Source of the DNA: Lingula anatina
Lineage: Eukaryota > Animalia > Brachiopoda
Reading direction: 5' to 3'
NCBI GenBank assembly: GCA_051362555.1
Contig: CM120640.1
Span: 17,236,001 to 17,300,000, forward strand
Length of the DNA stretch: 64,000 bases
The notes under the pieces are model-generated. The model saw only the letters and a list, made by a program, of their open reading frames with translations, did no database searches and was not told the origin of the DNA. Below, piece by piece: positions 24,101-38,552 of the stretch. A program made the translations under genes and the position numbers. Positions within the stretch are counted from its first letter, which is position 1. The number at the start of each line of letters is the position of its first letter.

Positions 24101-26583
24101 GGCCTTGCTGTACTGACTTGGAAACTTGGCCTTTAGCTCATCAGCTTTGTAGGTATGTGGAAACCCAGTCATAATAATGGTGTCATCCAGCAATATACTG
24201 TGTCTGACCGTCCAGTCACTGGTCTAAACAAAAAGAATAGACCTTATAAATGATGTTTACATAAGAGTTAAAGGGAAAAATAAAATTTATTTTCATAGAT
24301 CAGACTGCAAGAAATATTTAAGTATCTAAATGAAATCAATTTTTTTCTTTTGGTTTTTTTCCTCTTTGGCAGGAGGGAAATAATTATACAGGTACAAAAT
24401 TAAAATTTACAATTTAATTTACAATTTAGAATCTTTTAACTAAACAAGACTTCTTTAACAAATGTGGAATTTATTTCAATGTACTGTTAGATAAATTACC
24501 AGGTATGCTTCTTTCACAGTGTGGTTGATTCCATTGAACACAACTACTTCCTTCAATACTGGAGCAACTGGAAAAAGATGCAGCACATATCAGTTAAAAA
24601 TATCAATTTAAATACACACATCCAACAGAGGATGGAAAACTGAAAAATACTGGTGATTAAATTTTTGAAAGCTGATTCAGCACATTTGTGACTATGTGTC
24701 CTTGAAACACCATTGTTGTCGATCTTGACCTAAAAGCAATGTCCAAAACTTTTAACACAAATAAGTCACATTTTAAATATTTTTTACGTATATAAAGGCA
24801 CTACTCAACATATCACAAGGGAGGCACATAAGATACTCTTTTACCTACCATCTTCTACATTCTGAAACTTCACTACAGTGACATTCAACTGTTCATCCTG
24901 TGGCGATTTCATCACCTTGAAGTTGACAGCTTTGCTAAAAGCTGGGTAAATCTCCACAAACTCTGATACAGTCAGGCCAACAGGTAGAGCTGGCTCCACC
25001 ACTACACTACTGGTCTGGAGACAGTGGGAGAATGTGCATACTTCTCTGGAAAAGAACAGCATTCACATTATTCACACTATTCATCTAGTCATCCCACTCA
25101 TTCAAATCATAAAATTTATTTTCTTTGTCATATTTTAAAAAATCAGAATTATGTTGCTACATCTCTCACCTTGGCAAATTCAATTTCCATGAAACTAAAT
25201 TAAGATTAAATGAACTTATTCACAGAACATGAAAGGCATATAATCAAGTATGAATAAAGTCATGACAAATGACCAAAACAAATATAATAGTTCTAGTATA
25301 TTCAAGGCTAAACGTGTTTTTAACCAACCCAGTGTCATTAGATTGCACATCCCTCTCCAGTTCCCTCTGTACTAGTCTTAACCCATCCAGCACCTTGGGG
25401 TCACTGCCATTCACCCAGGTATATACCACATCTATGGGCACTGGCAGGCACAACCTGGGACAGGGAGGAATAGAGATAAATAGAAGGACAGGACTGTTTG
25501 CCTGCATATTGTATAGTTATCAAATATGTATAAAAATAAAACATTCAATTTTTCACTTCACAAGGTGTATAATGAACAAACTGTACTGAATAGGAAGCTA
25601 CAGTACATGTACATGCATTCTGTCATTTGTCAACATGTGTTGTACATACAATGGGCAGAAACTGAAATGTACATCTCAAAAAGGACCATTTGTTTGCTAA
25701 AGAATACGGACATAGACTGATCCTTTAAATGCTCTATGTGTACCTGTTTCTAAAAGACTTGCCAGCAATGTTGTCTGTCAGGGAGTTAGATAAAGCAGCA
25801 TACTTCTCTCGACTCCATTCCAGTGCAACCTGAGGAGCATAGTGGAAGAATAAATAAGACTCATAGACAGAGTGACCAGTACATCTACAATACATGTAGA
25901 ACATGAATTATTCAGACTGCACACTATCATATCATTCCATACATGTACAGTAGATGCCAACAAGTGGAAAAATAAAATGTAAAAGCCTGAAAAAGTGCAC
26001 AAAACTGCACCACAGAGAGTTAATTAAAGTGATGAGGAAGAAGAGGCTGGGAGTGTCTTTAAGATGATGAAAACTGATAATAAACATAAGTCAATACTGA
26101 GGGTGTTGTAAAAGAAATCCAAAACCTTATACCTTATACTCGGTAAGTGCTGAGGTTCAAATTTGCTTTATTTGGGACATCAAGCAACTATATATATATA
26201 TTAATTTATTAACATCGTTTAAAAACACATGACCGGTTTTGATCGTTATTTTTTCGTTAATGTAGACTAGCGTGGTATTCTTCTCTCGTTTTCTTTGGTT
26301 TTTAGGTTTATAAACGTAAAACCGATCAAGTTAACAGCCGCTATTGAGTGTGTACATCTAGTCAACAGACTACTAGCTGTTACACGTACCAGAACAATGT
26401 GACACGTGACGGCATATTATGGCTTACCTCTCCAAACTGAAAAGCAGAAATTAGCAACAAAATGCCACCAAGCAGAAGTGCAAGCGTTCCATATCGATGG
26501 GACAATACATCGTAAGTCTGCTTTTGTAGTAGCTTGCAAAATGTTGAGTGGACTTTCGTTCTAAACCCTCCCACACTCGCCAT
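15149..26583 (-). CDS. GNPTAB: N-acetylglucosamine-1-phosphotransferase subunits alpha/beta precursor (multi-exon)
   Basis: Exon translations match GNPTAB throughout: [23 protein letters not shown] (26428-26583); [18 protein letters not shown] (25744-25829); Stealth CR1 [13 protein letters not shown] (25329-25454); spacer exons at about 24845-25046, 24500-24568, 24092-24222, 23503-23577, 23152-23225, 22927-22975; CR2 [31 protein letters not shown] (22549-22681) and 22052-22223; LNR repeats (21797-21920, 20638-20808); 21176-21252; 20088-20302; 19718-19890; DMAP-binding-like segment (19328-19457, 18773-19050); [23 protein letters not shown] (18158-18355); 17658-17810; 17275-17342; 16892-17004; 16601-16686; 16360-16457; CR4 KFVCLNDN (about 16022-16077); PIPSQFELP (15722-15836); second TM exon (15508-15599); last exon [20 protein letters not shown] (15149-15211). 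GT-AG boundaries. Confidence 0.97.
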
Positions 26584-26819
26584 GGCATCACAGCAAAGCG
26601 AAGTGGGTCACTATCCCTAGCCCAACGACAGTGCTTGGATTTTTAAAAATAGAAGTATAGTGCTACTGATTTCAGAACTATGGATACTCCATTTTAGTAT
26701 TTTAGTGATAACATAAGTGAATGCTGTGTTATTTTAATATAAAAGTGTTTCCATTTTACAGTAACTTTACACTAGCCTGGAAGTTAAGGACGTTTTCAAC
26801 CCAAAGAGATCAAGAGATC

Positions 26820-26880
26820 TCCCGCTAGAGGTCACTTTTTTTATCTGCGCGCGAGGAGCTCGCGCAAGGGTAAGGTAATT
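26820..26880. promoter_or_regulatory. Probable GNPTAB proximal promoter element (CpG-rich patch)
   Basis: ctgcgcgcgaggagctcgcgca, a CGCG-rich imperfect palindrome in otherwise CpG-poor DNA about 270 bp upstream of the GNPTAB ATG. Confidence 0.35.
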
Positions 26881-27024
26881 TAATCGAAAATGACAAATGA
26901 ATTATCCACTTTTAAAAGTAACATCCTGATATTAAAAGTATAGATACATTTTTTTGTATTTTAATTAATAAAACATGATTTGTGATTAATGACCATTATT
27001 TAGACCTTGATAAAGCATGAAAAT

Positions 27025-27078
27025 AGATAAATAAATGAATAAATAAACAAACAAACGAAGACAAATAAATAAATAAAA

Positions 27079-27109
<31 letters not shown>

Positions 27110-27110
27110 G
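27025..27110 (+). repeat. (AAAT)n microsatellite
   Basis: Run of aaat/aaac units. Confidence 0.9.
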
Positions 27111-27426
27111 AAAAGACAAAATATATAAATTAATAGATTTCTCTATAGATTATAACAATTTTCCTTGTGAGCAATTTGTATCCTTTTCAAAACATTTGAG
27201 AAAAATACAGTTTCTAAACACAATTTTGAGTTTTTAAATTTCTAATTTTCACCATCAGGCCAGATGGGGTTCATAAGTTGGGTTAACAAGCACGACTGAC
27301 CTCAATTATGAAAAAAAAAATAAAAAAATTGATCACCTATTTTTCTCAATCAGAAAAACATTGGGTATTATTTTGGAAGATGGGAAAGTAAAATTGTCAC
27401 CAGTATCTTTTTCCATTATGGATGTG

Positions 27427-27464
<38 letters not shown>

Positions 27465-29750
27465 AAATTGGGTTTATGGGTCATAGTCCTGTGAATGATT
27501 TTAGGTACATTAATACATTGAGTAGCGGACATGTTATGAAATTTTAAGGAAAATTTACTGTCGTATAACATAAATTTATCATTGTGTGCTTTAATTTTAT
27601 TTTTTATGCCATTATTAAAACATCTGAACTTACACAGAAGCTTACGTCTTGTAAGAAACACCTTTGGATACAGTGTTTAAATGAATGACAAAGTTCAAGG
27701 TGACAGGGGATATAAAGGTACACAAGTTGACACATGATTAAAACAATTTTAATAGGTATTTTGGACCTAATACTCTTCCCTACACCCTAATGTGTTATTA
27801 AGTGATAGCAAAAGCATCTCCATGTCTGAAGGTATTGGAAGACTAACATCAGTTCATCAGTTTTGAATTCAATCAAGAACAAGTAAAGAAAATTATAGCA
27901 ATTAAGCAGTATCCCAAATTAAGCAGACCATTTATGTGAAATTCCATATATCTCACTGATGGCTGACAGTCTTCCACAAGCATAATGAAAAGGAAACACT
28001 TATTTTACATTGAAGTAAACATCTAACAATTTATTTTCTGGACGGATAAATATTTTTACAATAGATTGCTGTTCAATTCTAAAACTATTGCACAAAACTG
28101 GTAACTTTTAATTACAGCTATAGCAATAATAATAAAAAATACAATAATGTATAAAATTGATATACATATATATGACATTTAACTAAATGACAAGGGCATT
28201 TAAGTTGAAAATTAAAAGATGATGACTATTTTTCACTTCTTCTAAAATGGCAAAAAAGTGGTATGATATCTCTGAAAATAATACTATAGTTGTACATTTA
28301 GTTTATAAAACCCAACTTCCTGGGATAAAAAAAAAACAACAAAAACAACAATAATAACAACAATAACACATCTGTTTTATGTATCCTATACGGTTTTTAA
28401 ATTCATACCACTGTTGGTAAAATAACTGAATATAACTGTGACACACTCTAGCACCTATTGCTACAGTTCAACAGTATTTTAAGCATGCACACTTCTCGTG
28501 CAACTTTTGGTGGATTTTGGTTTTGTAAGTTACATTTTAACTGAATTTAGTGTTACTATCAATTTGACAATGGCAGTGACCTCTAAGAAGTTGGAATAAT
28601 CCATTAATTTATCTTGGTCAAATATATCTTGAAATAATCACAAAATGTTTAAAAGCAGTTGCCATAATGGAATTATATCACATTATACAGAACATAAAAC
28701 TAAAAGCATTGCAAATGCTTTAAAAAAAGACTTAATAAGCAACAATGAAATCAAATTACATTGTAAAGAATAAAGATTACATTTTTAAAAATTAGCTGTA
28801 AATATGTGACCATAAATAATCAGAGTGTTCTTTCTAAAAGATCATAAATGGATTTCAGTATAAAAATATGACACAGAGAATTACACATACAAAGACTGTA
28901 CAGAAGTGGAATGTGAATGATTTACCAGTGCATGTCTGAACAAGCTAAATAATTATCAATCAAAAAAGTTTTATAAGATTATAAAAATGGTTAAGATCAC
29001 AGCAATTAGGACAGCATTATGACCAACATTGTGTATATCACCAGTCTGATATAAAACATGGTTTAACTGGTATACTGTACATATGGTTTCAAGGCACTGT
29101 GTTCTTAATAAACATTTTTTACACATCCCTGAAAAGCTATAGACAAAGATCTCAACTCTGGTTAATAAGCACATCACAATATACACAGTGTTAACATGTA
29201 TTCATTAACTTGGGGCTATAAAAATAATTTCTAGAGAATATATCAAGGCCTGCTTATACCTTCTACTAGATCTATTCAAAATCTTACATTTCAATGTGAA
29301 AGTTATTAGTATGGTGTAATATCTTCATAATTTTAGCTACATAAATGGCTATCAAAAGTTCTCAATGACATACAGTAAGAATATAAGTAGTGTATAAAAG
29401 CAAACAATATACATATACATCTATCAAAATAATATATATGTACAGTAAGACCGGAATATCTACATGCTGACAGCAAATTTTACCCAGTCAGAAATTTGGA
29501 TTTCACCTTTAGGGTGCTTTAGTCTCTGTTTGCTTAATAAGTATGAAATCTCAAACATTTAGAAATCTGAATTTAGATGGTTTTCATGAAAAGGAACTTA
29601 TGAAATGTAAATGTGGTAGCACTTTTTGCATAATCAAATTTGATAAAATACATAACAAAACAAACTGGAGTTCCTGTTTCTGTCATCAACTGCCTTCAAT
29701 AAATCTCAATTCAATGTGAATTATCATAAAAGTACAAATCCTAAAATTTG

Positions 29751-32524
29751 TTAACTATCGGATGCAGGCAGTAGATCTCGACTCAATTCACCATCTCCCT
29801 TTTTCTTGTCAAACCATTTATTGCAGGGGAAAATTGTTGATTTGTTGGTGGCTTGATTAATGACTTCCACTTTTTCTAGCAGCCAGGCTGGTCGGAAACC
29901 TGAATTATCATGTTCTATTCTCATCTTGGTCAGTTCACCTGTGAAGAAAAGAATAAAGGCACTGACATGAATTATTGTTTTCTTTGTAAGTTAATCAGTT
30001 AATGATTATGTTAAGTGTACCTTTTAACCTCAGACACCTTTAATTTACACATAACAATTTAAATTTATCTTCACTTAATTAATAAATTTTTTTATTTAAA
30101 TCAGGAAAATGTATGTTAAAAAGTGCTTTAACTTTTCTAACTTCCATTAAACCTGTTCCACATATATACCACTTTGAATAAAGAAACTCTTTTTTTAGAC
30201 GAAATCTGCCTCACAAAATTACAACATTTACCTAAATCTAATACTTCAATCTCAAACTCATCTGTTTGGTTCCTCTCAAACAAATCCCGGAACTTCTGGT
30301 CCAGCTGTCTTTTCCCAGTGTCCCCATTGGTTCCATAGAGGGTCATGAACACATTGGCATTGGTGCCTGCTCCCCACTCATCTCCAGTCTTGACTATGAT
30401 TTTGTACTTCACATTGGCCAGGGCTGTAAAGGTGAACACACTGAGTAGAGCTAGGTTCATAAAAACCTATGAGATTTTTACCATTTGCTCAAATTATTCA
30501 CTTGGACTAAATGGATATAATAAACTAAATTATAACATTTTCTTTCAATACAGAATTTAAAAAATGCCTTATACATTATCAATCTGGTTAAGAAACAGGT
30601 GATTTTATTTTTTGAAAATCTATAGTAAAAGTTTATATAAAACTTACATCTGACAACACTAACTTTTCCCTCTTCCATTGTCTTCAATTCAAGAATCTTG
30701 GCAGAGTCAATGTCTATCTCATTTTCTATTTTTACCCAGCTTTTGCATGGGAACACATATCTAGAAAGAAAAAAATTGTTATCTTAGACTTTTAAGACTG
30801 ACTACTAAAAAGTGAATATTACAATAGGAAAAATGAGAATCTTAAGAATATAATCATACCAGTTGTTACTGTTACATCTGAAAAACATCATTTTATTGCT
30901 AAAAATAATGGCTATACCCTAGATACAGACACACTGTGTGAAACCTTTTCATGCATTTTAGCAATAATTTCACCACAACCGCTGCACTCATTCAATAGCT
31001 TTTATTATGTAACTTATTTTTCTTACTTGCTCCCTGTGGCAGTATCTGTGACAACCACTTCATGGCAGTGCCACATGGCCTCCCGTCCCTGAGCATCCTG
31101 CAGTGGTTTGTCCTCCCTTTCCACGGCACCCAGGTAGCAACGTTTCAGTTTCCCCAGGTTCTTGCTGGTCATCTTGAACTCATCAGTTTGACCCCTAAAA
31201 TCATAAATATAACAAATGTGTCTAGTAGGCTGAATGGAAGATTGGCTTTATTGAGAAATCCAAATAAAAATGTCTTTGTGGAAAAAAACTGACATAGATG
31301 AAATAAAATGAGATTTCCATTCTCTCTCTTTATGACCCTAGATGATTTATGACGCTTGTTTTCCATTATCAATTTTAAAGATAACATTAACATTTCAGAA
31401 TTCAGAGTTTAGTCATGTAAAATATGGAAAAAGTAGCTATGTTACATTTTAGATCAACATCACATTCAATACAGATGATCTAACTCCAAAGAGAAATTTT
31501 TACCCAACAGCATGAAAAAATTTACTTTTCATCGAAAACTGTCACACAATATAATCAAATGTCCATTACCTCCTGAGTATCTTATTTTTAGCGCTGTTCT
31601 CCATCAAGAATTCTTTGGATTTCTTCTTGTCCTCTCCTTCCAGGATCAGCCAGGCATTCTGGGTAGTGCCACCATCTTTCTTATCACTGGTGGTCACAGT
31701 AATCTCATAGGCTGAAATATGAGATACATCAAAATAACTTTTTATTTCTTAGATATCATTATACTATGCTAGAAAATTTGTCATATATCTCAATGTATAT
31801 TCATCAGATTCTAAGCTGCCAGTAAAGTTTATATCCAAAAAATCGTCTGAAATAGAATCAGCAGTCTGAATAGACATGTTCATTACAGCCTGAACTTGCT
31901 AAAGAACATCATCAACTGAGTTATGTATTTACAATTACTTTCCTTCAAAGCAACATCTAAGATAAGAGTTATAGTGCTGTAAGATTTAGGTGTCTCTCAT
32001 GTCACCTTCCGCTCTTAGCTATTGTTCTGAAAAATATCATGGAAACTGTGCTTTAACCCACAAATTAAAATGAAATTCTTCAAAAGGATTTAGATTTTAT
32101 AATATGTCAGGAACTTACTGTTTTGTTTTTTCTTTGACCCTGGAGTGGAGGGACTGGAGCAGGAGAGTTCCCGAATGATTTGTTTGTCATCCTCTTTTGT
32201 AGACAGCCAGCGACTACAAGGGAACATGTACTTTTTCTTGCTGCCCAAGTCTTCTACTTCTATGTAATCCAAGTGCCAGGCAGCTCCAAAGCCTTTTATA
32301 ATATTTAAGGTAAACAATTAATATATTTCAGTTTTACCATTGTATTTACATTGAAAAAGAAAATTAAAATGCTAATCATTACCATAAAAATACCTTGGGC
32401 ATCCTTTTAAGATGTATTATTAAAATACTATTAAAATATATATAAAATAAAAAACTGAACTTAAATCATTTTCAATTTGATTTTAAAACTACTTTTACGT
32501 GGAGTTTTAATGTATGACAAAAAT

Positions 32525-32569
<45 letters not shown>

Positions 32570-35500
32570 AGTCTTTGCTTTTTATATGTCTGCTCACCTT
32601 TGTTATCATGCCACACACGACATTTCATGAGCTCCCCAAGGCTCAGTAAGTCATTGAATGTAAATATATCTATCTGGTTGTTCTCAAAGGGATCTTTGTA
32701 AGTCTCCGAAGTCTTGAGATGAAGTTCCCCAGAGTCACCATTTTCACCAAAGAGAATGATGTAAACATTGGCATCTGTTCCTGCACCTTTGACGTCACTG
32801 GTCTTGACATTGATCTTGTAATTTGTTTCTAAATTATGAGAAATAAAAATACTGAATATAATTATTTGACATATTATACCAGTATATACTTTATAAATAT
32901 GTTTTAAAAAAAACAAGATTTTTTATGAAGTTTTAGCCATCTATTCTGAAATTTACAGAGAAATTAAAGACAAGCGATTTTTGTTTGTTTTTACCATATA
33001 AAATATGTTAGCACAATAGAAGCAAATAAACTTACTTTTGATCTGTTGCTTTCCACGAACCGTAGCTGCCAGGTCACGTGAAATTTTCCCATCTCCCTTG
33101 TTTTTACTCAACCAGTCATTGCACTTGAACACAGTGAGATCACCAGTATCCATATTTCTTAATTCAACCTTTTCCAGGAACCAGTCAGGTCGACTGCCTT
33201 TTCCATCGTGGCCAATTCTCAGCTTCTTTATTGCACCAATTTCATCAAGCTCCAGCTGAAATGGACATTTATATAGTTCACTATGACATTCAATAAATTT
33301 GTAGTGTGGACAATGCACATTAAACAAACATCTTTGAAATAAGCAATGGTTTAAAGGAAAATGGTAACACATCTTTCCAACATGAAAATTTGATTTTGCA
33401 AAATTCTATATAGCTCAAAGTAAACATATAGCCAAGGACAAACATAAAGTCCTTAATGACCCAATTTTCAACTAGGCAAGCTGATAATATAAAGGTAAGT
33501 TACTGGCGACCTCTGATATTCAGCCAAAATTTTGTCCAACATCAGAAATTCAGCATAATAATATTCCAAGGCAATAACTCACCTTGATCAGGTCTACCTT
33601 GCCCCTCTCAAACCTCTCTCCATTCTTCTCCAGTATAATCTCTGGGGTGGTACCTGTACTCCCAAACACTGTGATGCTGACTTTAGAGTCTGTTCCTGCT
33701 CCCTGCATGTCTCCTGTGTACACTGTCAACTCACAAGGTATCACTGGAAGAAAAGAGAAAATTTTGAATTAAGGATCTATACCAGCCATTTGCAAGTATG
33801 TCACCTAACAAAGTATCTTTGGAATAAAACTGTTGTGTACTATTTGCAATATTATCATTTCACTTGACTTAAATTAACCAAAATTTCTCAAGAGGGACTT
33901 TCTCTAGTTCATTTCAAGTTATTCTGATTGCCATGTTGAAAAAGAAAGGATTCTGTTCAGTGATCCCCAACCTAAAGAATCACCACAACAATATTCCTCT
34001 TTCCTCATCGAGCCATGAAATCATGCTTACTTGGTTTGTAAGAGACCATAGAACTCTCCCCATCCTGCAAGCTGAACACCCTGCTGGTCTTCCCATCCCC
34101 TTTGTCTCTGGCCAGCCACTGCTTGCAGTTGAAGTAGTAGTGTTTTCCCTTGGTTGGCATGTCCACATCAACCTCCTTCAGGAACCAGCCAGTCCCTGGG
34201 GTTACTCCATCATGACCAATCTGGAAAAAACATTAAATCATCAATACTGATGATAGATGATTGACAAAAGAGATTAATTTGAATAAATATTTTATGTGTG
34301 TGTTTCGAATTTTGGATTTTGTTATTAGTGCTTTGTACATCACGGAAATAAGATCGGGGCACCAGTTACTGCTCACTAAAAACAATATTTGCATCTACAT
34401 CTGCTGCAAATTGCATTCCTGTATTGTTAATTTGATTTTGAAAGTGTGCAAAAACTTAGTTCTTTTGCTTATGTTACGTTACATTATTGTAACAGCGATG
34501 CCAAAACAGTGCACCAATATAACACCTTGCTCCTAGTACATGTACATGACCCACAACATCATTACAAACTCCCCTACAATCAGCTCACCTCTATTTTCTT
34601 CACCTCCTCCACATCAACAGCCTCCACAGAGAATGTCTCAATGGAGCCAGGCATGAACTTCTCCTTCTGCACCAGCTCCAGTGGCAGCTGTCCTGTGTGG
34701 AGACCTTTCTTGGCTCCCATGATCTTGATAAACACATTGCTGCTGGTGCCATTGTCATCTCCATCTCCAGTGGTCACCTTGATTGTGTACGGGATAGCTG
34801 AAATATTGAGAGTATCAAGCATGAGTACATGAAAATGTTATTTATAGATTACGGAAATCTTGTCTATCAGAGTTAGTTTTGAAAGTATGTATACATGTAT
34901 GTGGGCTTAAGATATTTGAATATTTACAGCTCAAGGAGACAACACACAAATATGTGCACACAAATAAAAATGTATGCATGTACACTCTGGTATGCACATA
35001 CAAAAAGATATTTGTTGGAAGTAGTCAGAAACATGTCTGTTTGTGGTAAAACGACCTGATATGCCAACAACTTACTTGGTCCCTCTGGGACATTTTCCAA
35101 TATGGCAGACTGCCTTCTGGAAAGACGTGGGCTCTTGGAGAAAGGATCTGTGCTCTTGACAGAGTCTAGACTTCCTATGGACCCAAATCTGGACATGGTG
35201 GCCATACTGGACATGTCTCCATCATAGCCCTGAAGAAAAAAAAAACAAAAAAGTTTACAATTACAATCAATTGAAAATGATATATCTAATCTTGATATTT
35301 AAAATTTCCTCTCAAACCACTGAATTAACAGGTTCCTATCTAAATCTCTGTCTATATGTTCTAGTCTATATGTTTCAGTATATATGATCATCTAAATTAT
35401 CTTGTTTTCTTTTAATCTGTTTGGTTTTTACATGATTCATTTTCTGAAGTATTCAAGTCATGCAACTCCTGCATGTTTCAAAATGCTTCACATAAATTAA

Positions 35501-38471
35501 TCTTTCTGCACTGTATGTATTGTATATGGTGTAATTATGTACCTTGACATAGAGTGATCGTTCCAGCTTGCCGTCATCCTTCCCTTTGGCCAGCCATCGC
35601 TCACAGTGGAAAGTGTACGTCTCGTTTTCATCCTGGTCAATGACTTCCACCTTGTCCAGGTACCAGTCGGCCATCAGATTGGCGTTGTCATGGCGAATCT
35701 TCATCTTGAACACCTTGCCAAGGTCAACTATTTCCAAGATGAACTTATCAACCTAAAAGAAAATGTAAATCCTGTTAGACAGGGGTTCTGAACTCACTTT
35801 TACTTCTGTTTTAGCTGTTATTTTACCAGGACATCATAGCTACTGTGAAAATATTTTAACTGCATTTTATTTCAAATATTGTAAATTGTCTAATCTGGAA
35901 AATACCTGTTTCCTTTCAAATTTATCCCTGTTGGTCTCTGAATGGAGCAGTTTTCTCTCTCCACTATCTCCTTTGTCACCGAAGATTGTGATAAAAACAT
36001 TGGCATCGGTTCCAGCTCCACGGACATCCCCAGTGTACACATTTACAATGTATTTTTTGTCTGAAAATTAAATATCAATATATGTTAGATTGTAAATAAT
36101 ATTCATATTAATAAAACAAAATGATAACAATACCACATCATACCAATAAAATGTGTTATAAAATAAATGTGTTATAAATATAATTTATCTAATTTGAGTG
36201 TTACTTGTAAAATTGATAGTGACCAAAAAGTAAACAAATAAAACAATGTCACCCTATAAGTTTGCCAACCAGTGAATTATCACACTTACTTTTCAGTTTC
36301 TCTCCCGTGTCCAATTCTTTCTTCTTCACTGTGCCATCTTTCTTCACATTCTCTTCAATGATTTTCTCTGCGACCAATTCCCTCGCTATAGCTCCATCAT
36401 CCTCGTCCCTGGCTAGCCAGCGATTGCACGGGAATACATATGTTACAGAACCCTAAAAAGAAAAAAAAAATGAAAAGTGTCACCAACTTGGGAGATTATT
36501 CAAAATGTTTTTTTGGACTCTTCTATTAAAATTGAAGCCATTCCTATAGGGCCCATTTTCATTCTTGACAGAAGTGGAAAAACTTCTAAAAATACTTCTT
36601 GAAAAGTATAAATTATACTTATATTCAACAGAATACTGCAATTCCAAAAAACACTATCAAAAATATAGTGTGATAATTTTACAAATAATTAAAACTGAAA
36701 GGTACCCTTAAATTTTTTTTAGTTTTTTTATTTATTAATTTTATTAATCAATGAATTAATTTTTTTGTCAGAGGCCAAACACTCACCTTCCCAGTGTCCT
36801 TCAGTCTCCTGACCTCCACCTTGGAGAGATGCCAACCAGAACCAAACCCAGAGTTATCATGTCCAATACGGATCTTTTCTATAGTGTCCCCAACATCTTC
36901 AAGCTAAAATGGAGAAACACATGCTGTTTTATATAAGCTACACCAGGACACCAAGATCATATTTCTACAACTTGAATAAATCTATATTTTGTCTAAAAAG
37001 ACTAACTTGATATAGCTGTGTACTCTTAAAGAATAAGATTTTACAGAATAATTATGAAATCTAATGAGGTAAATACACAACTAATAATGATCCAAAACAA
37101 ACTATTCAATAAAAATATCACCTGATGGTAAAAATATGCAAAGACATAAGGCCATTTAAAATAAATGAAAATATGGGCTGAAACAAAAGTTGTTTGTGCA
37201 GGATTTCAGGATGGAAGAATGCTAACATCTGTTAATTGTAATATGCACAAAGAAAAAAATGGATCTTAATTAGAACCCAAGTGGGAAAGGTAAAACACAA
37301 TGACCAAAAAAGCTTTGATCTTAACAAAACCAAATCATGTTTCTGCTTAAATTCAATTAGAGCAACATGGTACAATGCTATGAGATTACTTCTTTCCTTC
37401 ATGAATCTGTAAATTGCATAGATTATCCTTAATAAAAAAAAATCCGATAATGTGTCTGGATAATTTTATCCCATGTCAATCACAGACAATGCATAAATTG
37501 AAATATTTTAATGATCAGAATGACAATATGTACACCATGCATTGTAGAGATAAGCCTATAAACAGCCAGAATGCAGCATGAACTTGTACATAAATTGAGC
37601 TTATGGAAATATGTCATGCAACATCTTAGTAAGCCTGCAATATCAGATAAGCATCCACTGATGAACATATGCTGAACTTATATGCAGAATTTAAGGTAAA
37701 TCTGATGTACAGAACATGAGAGAATGTTGATCAACTCACAAAATGACAGCTACATTACACAGTAGTCTAGACCCTGACTGCAATGGACAGAAGTTGAGAT
37801 ATACAGAGAAAATGAGACTTTACATTCTGTCAAAGCCAAAGTTCATATTATAGAAAAGGATAGAAAAAAGCAGTACCAGGGCAAAGAGGTATTACCATAC
37901 AAATTGATAAATAATAATACAAAAATTGAGAAAAGATGAGGAATGGTTGTCTTATTTTTTTAAGTTACAATTAAAAGCATAGGTCTATTGATTTGCTTTC
38001 CTTTCTACTAATATAGTAATTACTCACAAAATGAATTAATAATCCCCCTTCCCCAACATAAGTACAAAAAAAGTATAATTTAAATAATTCAAAATATTGA
38101 TTCAAAAGTTTTGAAAAGTTCATTGGCTTTATGTCACAAAGTACAATGTTGTAAGTGTCTGCTGGACATGATAAATCTAAAAAAAATAAAACATTAGAAA
38201 AAGCGAGGCAATTGAATTTTTTCAATAAATATCATAATAATTTTTTTGCATGTATATGCTAATGAGCATCTTACCTCAAGTACAAACTTGTCAACAGCTC
38301 CCTTGTTAAATGATTGCTTCCTCTCTCTCTTGCTACTGCACAGAGATTTCTGTTGTGTACAGGAGTCTTTACCATACAGCACTACATACACATCAGCATC
38401 TGTAGACCCTCCCCGCATGTCACTGGTATAGGTGGTTATCTCATAAGGAACACCTGATTCAAGGTAAAACA

Positions 38472-38552
<81 letters not shown>

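Noticed and set aside
37740-37826. Alternative LOXHD1 exon in a long intron (gtgagt donor)
   Set aside because: Candidate exons contain an in-frame stop or shift frame and show no PLAT similarity.
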